This document shows positions 39,590 to 51,560 of a DNA stretch of 64,000 nt, piece by piece. Below the pieces are notes generated by a model that saw only the letters and a program-made list of their open reading frames with translations, made no database searches and was not told the origin of the DNA. Numbering within the stretch: position 1 is the stretch's first letter; each line of letters opens with the position of its first letter. The stretch is from Epiperipatus broadwayi. Lineage: Eukaryota > Animalia > Onychophora. The stretch covers positions 6,262,001-6,326,000 of the forward strand of contig JAQFVV010000007.1 in assembly GCA_028023455.1 (NCBI GenBank), in the 5' to 3' direction. The translations under genes were made by a program, and so were the position numbers.

Positions 39590-39632
39590 ACCTCCCTGAG
39601 GAGTGCCAAAGCACGAAACCATGGTCAGGGGT
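39590..39632 (+). ncRNA. Type I hammerhead ribozyme (family V), canonical core, GUC site
   Basis: ACCUCC CUGAGGA GUGC CAAA GCAC GAAA CCAUGG UC^AGGGGU. G10.1-C11.1 pair, helix III palindrome ACCAUGGU, predicted cut after 39626, C.A mismatch at the base of helix I. Confidence 0.88.
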
Positions 39633-40454
39633 TTTGGAGGGGTTCCTGACAGAGATATTTTAAGTGCTGGCTCTGGCTAAGCATTTATCGTAAAGCTTGT
39701 AGAGGAATTGACAATCCTCACTGTTTATAACCTACAAGCTTAGGAGATAGGGTCATGTGATCTATGAATTGATCTATGACTCTTATTTTGACTTATTAAT
39801 ATTTGGTTCATAACCAATATGCATTCATCATTATCAATTTGGCTTTCTCTTCTCATTCTTTTGAATTCCTAAACATGACAAACACAAAAATTAGCATACT
39901 TTGCCTAATGGATAATTTGTAGATAACAATTAGCAAGTTATATATTTTAATTACCAAATATTTTTACAATAATTTTATGGAATTCTAGTTCTGTTTATTA
40001 AACTGTGTTTTAATGGCATACATAGAATAAATAATTTCATTCATTCACTAGGCAAAGATTTTCTGTATTTTCATTCTCAGTTTGAAATCTATCCAGAATT
40101 GGCAGTCATTTCTTAATGATTCAAACTATTCATGGCAGCAGTTTTTTATTATCACGGCACCTTAAATTTGATCAACTTAAATACCAAACACAATAAATGA
40201 ATACATTTTGAATAAGAATACATTGCTATTTTGATTTCTTCATGTGAAATAATGATGTTCTTATTAAAAACAACAGATTCTTATAAGATCAATCACGTCA
40301 TCTGGTGAAAGAAAATTTTAATTAAATAATTTATTTTATATAAACGTAAAAAATTTGTCAAGTTTAAGTTCATATTTTTATTCTTAAAATAAAAAAGTGA
40401 AGATTAGATAATTTTTTATGCTCTTAATCTTGGTGGTGACTTACTTTAATTTAT

Positions 40455-40542
40455 TAAGTAATATATATTAAGGCTATAACTTTAAGACTATGCGCCTAGA
40501 TGCACATAGTCTTAAGGTTATAGCCTTAATATATATTACTTA
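40455..40542. repeat. 88-nt hairpin, 41-bp arms, 6-nt loop
   Basis: taagtaatatatattaaggctataactttaagactatgcgc / ctagat / gcacatagtcttaaggttatagccttaatatatattactta. Confidence 0.9.
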
Positions 40543-40752
40543 GGTAATGAATATGTGCTTAATAAATTATTAGTTACAACTTTAATTTATTAATTAAATT
40601 ATGAAAATGCGGAGTGTATAAAACCATATAATGACTAGTGGTTTTATTTACATTATATGTAATTTATCTTTTTCTTAAAATTGTATTAAAATGAATATAA
40701 ATGACATAAATTTTGATAAGTTTGTATCTTGATTTCTTAATTTGTGTTACAG

Positions 40753-40884
40753 AGCCTATATAGCTAATCGTGTGTCCAATAAATTGACAAGAGTGACTGA
40801 TTATATTTATTGTTGCCGTTCAGGATCTGCAGCTGATACACAAGCCGTGTCTGATATAGTAGCTTACCATTTAGGCTTTCATGA
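40753..40884 (+). CDS. PSMB6: PSMB6 exon 3 (Lys33, Arg45)
   Basis: ttacag|[43 protein letters not shown]|gtaagt, 132 bp. Confidence 0.97.
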
Positions 40885-41429
40885 GTAAGTAATGAAAATT
40901 ATTAGACCAAAGCATAAAAATATGTTACTGTTTACTTATTCAATAATTTCTTAATTTTTTTATTTCTTTTAATTATTTAAAGTCATGATTAATCAATAAC
41001 AATGTATTGATTAATGTTGCCTATAATTAAGAATTTAAATGAAACTAAAATATAAGTTATATAGAATCAAAAAAAAAAAAAAGTATCATGGATAAAAAAA
41101 AATATAGTTCATAATATCAGTATATATTTAAATTAAAAAGAGTAATAAGTACTTTTGATAATTTTTTATTTTTAGATTGCTTTTTAAAAATCTTTATTAT
41201 ATAAATCAAAAACTTTGAAACTAAATATTATTAAAACCGAATGAGTTTAACTGAAAAATTAATTCTTTTAAAATATATATTGAAAAAATTATTATTTTTT
41301 AATGTGTGGAAGATTATTATTTTTATTTAAATTTGACTTTATTTTATTTCTTTAGTACATTTTATATCGATGACAGTCTTAATTTTTATGAATACCCAAT
41401 ATTGCATTCATTGCTGTTTTGTTTTGCAG

Positions 41430-41559
41430 AATTGAATTAGGAGAGCCAGCATTAGTGAATACTGCTGCTAATGTTTTCAGAGAGCTTTGTTACAACTATC
41501 GAGATACTCTTACTGCTGGTATTATTGTTGCAGGCTGGGACAAAAAGAAAGGTGGACAG
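41430..41559 (+). CDS. PSMB6: PSMB6 exon 4
   Basis: ttttgcag|[43 protein letters not shown]|gtaata, 130 bp. Confidence 0.97.
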
Positions 41560-42599
41560 GTAATAAGGAATTTTTTAATTGTTCCAAAAAAAAAAAAAAA
41601 CTTGAAAATATAATATTATTTTATATAAATTATTTTATGATTTTCATATGAAATCTTATCTGTTTTGAGATTTCCCACTTCATGGTAATATCATATTTAT
41701 ATACTTTTGACTTTCTGCACCTCCAGATCATGCATTTACAAATATAGGTCTATTATTCACTAAGGCTGCATTATTTTAGCTTCCTTCATATCTGAAGTAT
41801 ATAAGATATCTCTCAAGTGAAGCTCAAAATTATATAAATTGATTCATTCGTCAGGGATTTTTATCTTTTTTTAAAGATATTGTATTCATGAGCTCTTATT
41901 GTAATCCCACTTATATTACTTTTTATTTCTTCTCCCGTTGTATATAAATATATAAGAAGTATTTTGATATTAATTTGTACATTTCTTAGGAATTCTTTAG
42001 ATAGATTTTATTTAAAGCAGGCATGTTTCAAGCTGTTTGTTATAACAAAAATGTTGATTATTTACGGTTGTTAAAAAAATTTATTCAAAATATTTTTATA
42101 AGATTTGAGAAATGTTGCTTTTACTGTATTTTAATCATTAAGATTGAACTCATAAAAAGGCAATTTTTTTAATAAAAAATATCTTTTTTAAATGATTCTA
42201 TTTCTGATAAAAACACATCACTTTATGGAAAAATTTCTTTTTTAGTATGTGGGACTTTTTTTATTTACTTTAATTGTATATTATTCAAATCCATATTTTT
42301 ATTAGTATTTATGTGACAAAGATAGTAGCTGTAGTTTTCTAATTACTAAAAATTTAGTTTGCTGATGAGAAAAAGAAAGACATTTTCTCTTTTTATATCA
42401 TTCAAAGTTTTATTAATGATTGAAAAGGGGGACAGGTAGATTATTAAAGTCTGTTTTCTCATCTAAATTTATAAAATTTTATAATTAAAAAAAAAGAAGA
42501 AAAATGTATTATTATATTGTAAATCTTTCAATAAAACTTTATCATCATTTGTTTCTGCATATTTATATTTTTATCTATCTAATTTTCTCCATTATTAAT

Positions 42600-43100
42600 A
42601 TTTTATTTTGAAGTGATTGTGTATAATCACTATTATCAGCACCTGCTGGCAAATGACTGGCCATTCCAACGCCAAAAGATAAAAAGACAAAGTAAATAAT
42701 ATTAGAGATGAATTTTGCATTGACTGTAGAAACCAATCTGTGAACTACAAATACATCCACATGTAGAACATTATTCTGTTTGACATTTTCTGATGCACTT
42801 TTTTCGCTTCTTCCACAGCAAACTTTTCTATCTAAAAGACTTCAAGGCTGTATCCAATAGTAACTCTTTATTCAGTTCTGTCTGCAGCCATAATCCTTCC
42901 AATTAAAACAACTTTGCACTGTTATAGTGTTTTTGAGATAGTCTTATATAATGTAAGTGTGATGTATCTTTCTACAAAAACCTCATATTAGCAACCTTTT
43001 AAGAAGTCTTATATTAATGGTTCATTCATTTCACATATCCAGTCCAATGAAGATGTGATTTTGCTATAGTGGACTCTGCATTATCAATCCAACAAATTGA
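42600..43100 (-). mobile_element. Possible piggyBac-like relic (Cys-rich C-terminus)
   Basis: Decayed KKRKKCIRKCQTE*CSTCGCIC stretch on the minus strand. No TIR or TTAA confirmed. Confidence 0.3.
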
Positions 43101-43289
43101 AAAAGATATTGATTGGTCTTACGATTTTGCCATTATATTTGTAGAGTTTATAAGGCATCATTAAATTTTTTTTATATCTTCATGTGTGTGTATATATGGT
43201 TAAATAAATTGTATGATATAATATATCTTTATAGAACAACAATACACATAAAAGCTCTTTTTGTGTTGGAACTATTTTACAATTACATG

Positions 43290-46200
43290 TGATGTGATGC
43301 ACTATGGCTCTTCCTTTTTCAGAGTCAGGAATATCTCAGTCACTATGTCCAGAGAAACCTTTTAGCCACCTTACCTTTCCTTTCCACTCCCCACTCTAAG
43401 TTTCCCCTATATTCTTCTCTATCCTGCTCCATCCCATTTCCACAGTATAATCTTTGTCAACTCCATGGCCTTTATATCTAAATCCCCCATATCTTTTCTC
43501 AAACCCATAATAAAAAACAAGAATTCACTTTCTTTATAATCACTATGTTTATATTTATTCTCCCACAACTTCATTATTTGTACCCTTTCTGCATGCAGGC
43601 ATTTACATTCAATTAACAGATGCCTAAGATTTTCTATGCCTTCCTTACACAACTTGCAGACTTAAATCACCCATATTTTTTCCATTTATGCATATATTTC
43701 CTTATTGCTAAAGATCCTGTTCGAGCCTTAAACAGTAAACTACTTTCCTTGCTATAATTATAAATTAACTCACACCCAATATTCTGCTTACTTCTATACA
43801 TATTTACTCTTTTTACTCTCCATACTAGTTCTCCAACTCCCTATTTTTTATTCTCCTAACACAATCATCCCATCTTTTATATAAGTATACTGACATAAAT
43901 TCCTTATCCAAATCTTCTTCATACCGTACTTCCTTCTCATCCATGTAGTTACCTGTCCTTTATTCATAACCCAATTAAATACTATTTTGGCTATTCTCTT
44001 ATTATCCATAAATTGCAATTTATCAAACATTCTCATTTTGCTTTTTGCATTTGTCATAAAAACTTGACCATCCCATTTTTCCTTGAATTGCTTCCTTTGC
44101 CATCCACACATTTGCATCTAATGCATGTCTTCCGACTTCCCTTTGTACTTTTTCTAAGTAATCTAATAACCCTTTACTAACACATAATGCATTGTGACCA
44201 TATGTTAATCCTTCTACTGCCATTCCCTTCTATACAATTCTAGATACATCATATTGATTATATGAAAATACTGGAATTTCTTTGGGTCCCTTTCTTTTCT
44301 TTGCTTCATTTATCAATTTTTTTCTCCCATTCATCTAAGCAATTTCTCTGATTACTTAAGACGATTCCCAAATAGTTATACCTATTCACATTTAATTTTA
44401 TATCCCCCAATAAAAATTCTTTCTCTTCTCTTTTCCCAGTATTAATCATCATTACTTTTGATTTTTCTTCACTAAATTTAATCCCCATCTCTTTACCCAC
44501 CCTTGCACATGTCTTCAGCATAACTTCCATATCTTCCCTACTTTCTGTGTACAAGAAGACAGCATCCACAAATAAAAGACCCAATAATGTATATACTCCC
44601 TTGGCACCTATTAATGGTATCTCTACCTCTTTCGTAGTTTTTCTATTGCTCTCTCTCTCCAACGCAAAATAGGTGACATATGGCATTCTTTCCTAAGTTC
44701 CACCCCATTTTTAGCTTTAACTGATTCTATATTCCCTAACTGATAGGTATAATAATTATTTTCATAGAATCTCTTAATAAGATCCACTAAAGCTCCATCC
44801 ATTCCCAAATTTACTAAACTTTCCCAAAATTTATTTCTATTTGCTCTATCATATGCCTTCTCTATATCTATAAAAACCATATATAACTTTCTATCTGCAT
44901 TTCTACTCATATCTATAAGTTGTGTTACTATAAATAAACTATCTCCTATATACCTATCTGATTGAAAACCTCCTTGCATTTCTCCCACTATATTATTTTC
45001 TTCCTTTGCGACTTTTCCAGCCATCATATATGCGAAAATTATATAACACTGATGTTACTGCTATCAGTTTATAATTGCTTAACTTTCTCCGATCCTTACC
45101 CTTTTCTTTAAATAGTAGTCTTACTCTTGTATTATTCTAACTATCCTGAAATTCCCTCTTCTGTGCCATCTTATTAGAACATGATATAGGTTTAATTTTG
45201 CCTTATTTCCTAAATTCATTACCATCTCAGCTGCCCACCTATCTAAACCTCTTGCTTTTCAGTTTTTTTCCCTGCCTCATTCAATTCATTTTCTGTAAAC
45301 TTAATATTTCTTACTGTAAGTTTTTATGTTTGTTATCACTCTGTCCTTCACATCCAACATGTTTTCTATATCCATTACATACTTATTTAAGAGTGTCTCT
45401 AATTCTTCTCTAGAGTTACACTCTATTCCCTCATCGTGTATAATACTATTTCCCTCTCCTCTACATTCTTTCTTTTAATGTATTTCCAAAATTTTTTACT
45501 CCCTTCTCTTCCACTTTTATTAATATTCTCCAACAATTTATTATTTAATTTCATTCTCTCGCTACAATTATCTGTTTTAGTCAACTTCTTTTTTTTAAAA
45601 AAAATACTTTTCCCATTTAACATTAACATCTTTTTCACTTTCGTTGTTCTTAATAGCACTCTTATATTCTCTGCATGCTCTCCCCCTCTCTTTTACACTT
45701 TTACTAACTCTTACTTTTCTATTACTTTTATTCTTCTGAATATTTTCACCTAAAACCCTATTGGCCACTTTCTCTACTTCACCACACCAGTCCTTATATT
45801 CATCCCCAACCAATTTTTTCAAGATTTCTTCAACGTTTATTTTATATTCTACTCTTATCATTCATTCTCTATCCACATCTTTCACTATCCTTTGTGCTTT
45901 TATTACTATTTTCCATCTCATTATTAACCATTTCTATCATAAAGAAATTATGAACACTATTACATATTCTTTCTTCATTATCAAACACTTTAATTTTCTA
46001 TACTTTATTTATTCCCTTTTTTCTCTACTAATACATAATCAATTATGTGAAATATATTATTCCATGTGTATTGTCTCTCATAAATATTTGATAAATTTCC
46101 AATGCTTTAAATTCAATCTCTGACAAAAATTCTTCAAAAACTGTCCATTCTTGTTATCTACATCATCAATTTCTTCAATATGTCCATTTATATCCCTTAT

Positions 46201-46900
46201 AATCATTATTCCCCCCCCCCTCCTTTTTTTTTTGAAACTATATATCTGTCACTAGGCATTTATATATGATACTGTTCCATTCTATTATAGTTTGACTATC
46301 TTCAGTGGTTATATACACTATAGCCACCATCCATTCTTGTCTCCCTAACCTTATCTCAAACCGCAAATGTTCTCGACATTTAATAATATTTAAATATTTT
46401 TTTGACATAACTCCTATACCAACATCCCATACCCTGCCATACCAAGTCTTCCAGTATAGGTTCTTCTCTTAGATGTTTTTCCTCTACTAGTAGTACCTCA
46501 AACTCTTCAGTTTTAACTGTTTTATTTAATTTCAACCATTTTTCTGGTCTCTTACCATCTTGCATATTCAAATAATCAATTTTAACAATTTCTGCTTTTC
46601 TATCTACTCTTTTATAAATTCTTTTGACTCTTTCTTCTCCATTACATTTATAAGTAACTTGCTTACCATCAGTTCTACAGACCCATTCCCTCTCCACCAT
46701 AATCGCTAAATGATGCCTTAGTATTAGTAGCCAATAAGCTGAGCTGCATTGCGTTAATCCAGGCCTCAAATTGTTCTTAATTGCGTTGGTGATTGGATGC
46801 TTGTAGATAAGTTTCGAGAAAGAGATATGTTCGAAGCTTCATTTGTCTTCCCAGTTCTTTAGGAATTTAGTTAATAAAGGAAAAGGGGCCTCACCTCATG
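43290..46900 (-). mobile_element. Near full-length non-LTR retrotransposon ORF2 (APE-RT-Cys/His tail), many frameshifts
   Basis: APE start (KIDYLNMQ...VLLVEEKHL), EMQGGFQSDR, VFIDIEKAYDRANR, LLFVDAVFL, GIKFSEEKSKVM, YNYLGI, GLTYG, and C-terminal CKEGIENLRHLLIEC. Ends in a catcacatcacat tail. Confidence 0.9.
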
Positions 46901-48838
46901 GTATTTAAAGGATAGTTTAAATTTTACTTTCTAAAGGGATATCCTTGCTGACTTTATTAATTTTCCTTTTTGATATATATTAATTAAAAGTATCCATTTC
47001 ATGATCCTTTTTATTGTAAAATCGATTATTGTAAACAACGATAAATATATACTGTATATATATTTTTTTACATTGGTATTTAATTGATATCTTATTTATT
47101 TTAAAAAATAATAATTGATTACTATGATTTATTATTTTATATAATGAATTCATTATTTGTAGTAGCATTTTTTTGTTGTTTGGTAAGTGAATATATGAAA
47201 TTGCTGGTGTGTGCATTGGCTCAATACCATATACTTTTATAATTTTAGTCATTCCACAATCATTCTGCATCTTTACAGTTGAGGCTAAAATTGTGCTAAC
47301 ATTTTTACTGTTATTGCATCTTTATGTTTGCAGTGATTTTTGGTGAGTTGATCTCATCAGAGAGATTAATGGAATAGTCTTACTAGCGATTTTGTGTTTT
47401 ATTATTTATTTACCTCTACTAATCTGCCAGATGCTCATAAGCGACAAATGGGGAAAAAACATACAATCTGTGATCCAGCATGTAAGAATGCTGTTAGTGG
47501 AAACAATTTATGAACACCCTGCAACTTTCCATGAACTACCTGATGTCTTGAAATTATAATGAAATAATATTTTTTAAAAAACAATGTTCAAGTTTAACAT
47601 AAGCAAGTTAGCATGCTAGATTGTATTTAAATTATAAACAAACTATATATACATATATTCTTTTGAAGTTATTTTTTATGAAGATTAAAAAAAATCAAAT
47701 TTAAAATGCAAATGTAATTTTTTAAGAATTATTAATTTAGGCATTTATTATAAGTAGTCAATTTTACGTACCCAAAGACTACTTCATTTTGTTAATTATC
47801 TAATGTGCCAATTTGCACACTCATTTGTTTTTGTACAGCAATATATATTTGTTCCACTACAATGGATTTAACCGATTCAATTGATACTCATTTTAATGCT
47901 GATTGTTATTAATTGATTAGAATATTGGATTTCTTGCCTATTCACAGCAGTGATGATACAAACAATCTACATTATGAATCACTTTCTTCAAAAAAACAAA
48001 AAAATATCTTATTTATTCCAATTCAGTAGTTTGATTTCTGATGTGCCATGAAAAAAAAGAAACATTCTTACTCAAAGTTCTTTAAGAAACCAATTCCTAA
48101 TAACAAGTAAAGCGTTTTTGTAACCTACTTTTTATGGGGAAGATTTAAATTTTTTGAGCCAATATTATATCGATAATGGATCTGGAATCGGTATTGATGC
48201 AGATTCTTCACATATCATTAATTTTAAAATCAAAATCTATTCCACCGCGAGAGCTAATAGTTATCTACTTTTATGTACTGATGACGATTTCAAAAGAAAT
48301 AAAGCGAAACGTTGAATTCAGATAATACTTATAATTCTGTAAGAGCAGTTACTAAAGATAATGCTGAGAAATAATGCACTGCAGCAGAATGTCAAAATCA
48401 TCATGTTGTATTCGTGATAACATTCATGAAGGTATCGATGAAAATGGATTTTCGTACATTTAAAATTACATTTAAAAAAAAAAATTGAGTGTCAGTTATT
48501 TTGAAAAACAAAAAAATCTGATTATTGAAAACATTTTTTGTGTATTTTTTCTTAACTAAAGGAATATCCATCTTGATTAGACAAATCAATTTTATTAATA
48601 TCCCTGTATTTATCCATCTTTTTTTTAAAAGTAGATTTGTTATATTTTATTTTTTAAATATTAGTATTAACTGATAAATAATTTTTTTATGTATATAGAA
48701 TTTAATATTTTAAGTAGTTTAATATTTTTTACACATGAAGTGATATATAAGTTTAATTTTCAAAAAAATTATAATTATTTTGATTTTTATAAAAATTTAA
48801 ACAATATATTTATCATTAAAAAAACCCCAACAAACTAG

Positions 48839-48983
48839 GTATATATTATTCCACTGGGAGGAATGGTGATTCGACAGCCAGTGAGTATAGGAGGTTCTGG
48901 AAGCACTTATGTTTACGGCTATGTTGATTCTCAGTTCAAGGAAGGCATGACGAAAGAAGAATGTATTAAGTTTGTTACTAACA
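48839..48983 (+). CDS. PSMB6: PSMB6 exon 5
   Basis: actag|[48 protein letters not shown]|gtaagt, 145 bp. The final exon (DGSSGG motif) was not found in the window. Confidence 0.96.
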
Positions 48984-50429
48984 GTAAGTAATTTGTTCTC
49001 TTTAATAGATACTATTATAGCAAAAAGATTAGATAATTTTTAATCAAATCTGTAGAAAAAAGCTTAAATAGTAATCCCAGAAAAATCTTGTTTTCTTTTT
49101 TTTTTTTAATTAAAGTTCAAAATTATTTTAGTCCTTTTCCTAATATTTAATTTTGTTTGAAATTTAATTTAATGTAAAAAGATCCTATAAAATTGAATCA
49201 TATGACTTTGATTTTAAAATTTTGAAAAATTCATAATATTGTAATTTGTTTATGAAATAATTTTTCTTAAAAAAAGTTTTACTGAAATAAATATGTAGAT
49301 TTCAATCCTTAGAGTTATCTGTAGATTATTTATAGTTCTTCCAATTGGAAATGCACATAAAATAGTATTAATCCAAAATATCTAATTCTAGGGACTTTTT
49401 CCGATTTCAATTGCTTATCCTATTATTTAACAAAAACACTTATTTATAATTGTTTAATAGAGAAAAAGATGTAAATTAATATAAAAGTTTATCGGCTTAA
49501 TGTTTTCGAGGATCCATTTATCCTATTATAAATATTCTGTTTTTAGAACATACCAACTCAGCTGAGAATTCAACTATAGATGAATTTACCATCAAGTCTA
49601 TAAATAAATAATGGCTATTCAATATGTAACATTGAGATTATAAACTTATTTGTGGACTAAGTCTGAATACATTACTATAATTTAAAAGTCAAATCCCTAA
49701 AGAATCATTTTTAACAAACTTGCAAACAATGTCCAATTTCTTGCATTAATGTCAGTTTGAAATCAGATAAAAGTTGGCCTCTTACATCTATCCTTCAGAT
49801 TCTTTATTAATAAATAAACTAAGTATTATTACTTTGAAAGTATGACATTTTTATATTATTAATAATTTTTATAATTATTAATCAAGTCATATATTTTGCT
49901 TACAATTACTCTCCTCATATACACTTTAATGCAAATTTTTTTTTAATGATTCAGTTATGAGGGGAGTTATGTAAGCAATATATATATGAAGAAATGCAAA
50001 GAAAATAAAAGGAGAAAAATAAGAATATATTTCTAAGATTAATTAAGTCAGTTTACAATTTTAAATAATAAATTATATGATATTCTAGTAATTTTAATAA
50101 TCCTGTAAATAAATTGTAACTATTAAATATGTAACTTTGAGAATACAAACTTATTCCCAGACTAAGTCTTAATGTGTTACTATAATTCATAAATCAGTTT
50201 CTCATCATTACATATTTGATGGCTGTGGTTTGTTTACAGCTTATTAAAATTATTACAAACTTCATCTGGTTTGTTATTTGAAATTGTAAACTTACTTGAG
50301 TAATAATTACAAAAGTCACTGCCAATATAAAAGTTTCACATTTTCTGAGTATGGATGCTTAATTTATTTACTATTTAAGAATTTGGGAGTCAAATAAAAA
50401 TAGCCATCTTTTATCTGACCAATTGACAT

Positions 50430-51560
50430 TAGTATGAGAAATTAGCAGTTGTTTGCATTTCTTCTGAAGTATCTTATTTCAGAGTTTTCCAGAGCTTTGA
50501 GATCATAAAGCAATGCTTAGATCTAGTGATGATGATAATAATGATGCTTCCAACTCATTAATCCTTAAACTAGCGTTTGCAGGTAAGGAAAATTCAAGTT
50601 CTGAGAGGGGATTATCACTTGGAGTATCTTCATTTATAAATGAAAGATCAGGACATTCTGCTGTTAAATTCGTTTTTGCAATAAAGGAATCAGGTTCAGG
50701 AGACAGTGATTGACTTAATTCTATCATATCACTAATAATAGGGCCACTATATTCAAAATTATCATTAAGGGAAGTTGCCTCTGAAATGTCTTTAACAAAA
50801 TGTTCTAAATAAGCAGAAATACTCATTTTCTTTAATGATGGTAGGGAAATATCTTTCTCTTGTTTGGGTTCCAGAGAAGATTGTTGACTCAATCTATGTG
50901 TTTTGCTTTCTGTTCATAAATGTTTAGCATCACTGAGCATTAATGGATACTTTCTTTTTATTGGTAATATATCCTTTGTTGAAATAATACTTATTGAAAA
51001 CTGGATTAACTTATTTACAATTTTTTGCTGTTTATCAGAATGCGGCCTTAAAATAGCAATTTTTCTCCCAAAGAGCTTCATTTTCTTTTTTGGTATTATT
51101 AGCATTATGTATATCGCAATTTTCTTGATTTACCCGAAGCGGCTTATCATCATTCAAAACTTTACTCACATCTTCAGGTTTAATTTTAAAATCTTCACTT
51201 TTTAATAATGATGCCTTTCATTTCATATGATCTAACAAATACTCTTGATCCCAAACAAAATGTTTGTGTTGAAATTCCATATCTTTTTCTACTTTTGGAG
51301 TGACTTGATCAGTATGGATGACTTTACAGAATCCATGCATATTGACTTGCCTAACAAAACTTTCCATGTTGTTATATTTCATCAAATATTTAGGGAAAAT
51401 CTTCTTAGAAAAATGAGCTTGATCAAACGCATGGAAGCTTTTTTCATTTGGGTTCCAACAAATTAAATCATAGCAGTCTGCATCCTCTAAGAGCTTCCAG
51501 AGTTTAACAAGAAATGTTGGAACAGCACTATTAGACATGTCTGTATTTCATTGCATATTT
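50430..51560 (-). pseudogene. HSF1: Heat shock factor processed pseudogene
   Basis: SAVPTFLVKLWKLLED...LICWN..KSFH.FDQ...YNNMESFVRQVNMHGF (DNA-binding domain), HSDKQQKIVNKLIQF (HR-A/B), then an acidic C-terminal part. Intronless and frameshifted. Confidence 0.92.

Larger units (their letters stand above)
39423..39727. repeat. Near-perfect 305-bp GC-rich palindrome (family V)
   Basis: Arms 39423-39570 and 39580-39727 are 148 bp each with one mismatch seen. The 9-nt loop is tgtctgaac. Confidence 0.97.

Noticed and set aside
45198-46123. Several + strand ORFs rich in F/L/S/I
   Set aside because: Antisense shadows of the purine-rich minus-strand LINE ORF. The same applies to 23135-23452.
48322-48326. 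CUGAUGA...GAAACGUU hammerhead-like string near 48280-48320
   Set aside because: No helix I pairing and an irregular helix II. It lies in a decayed ORF, so chance is likely. Coordinates are approximate.
41560-48838. U12-type intron to explain the weak acceptor
   Set aside because: The donor is GTAATA, not GTATCCTT, and no U12 branch consensus was seen.
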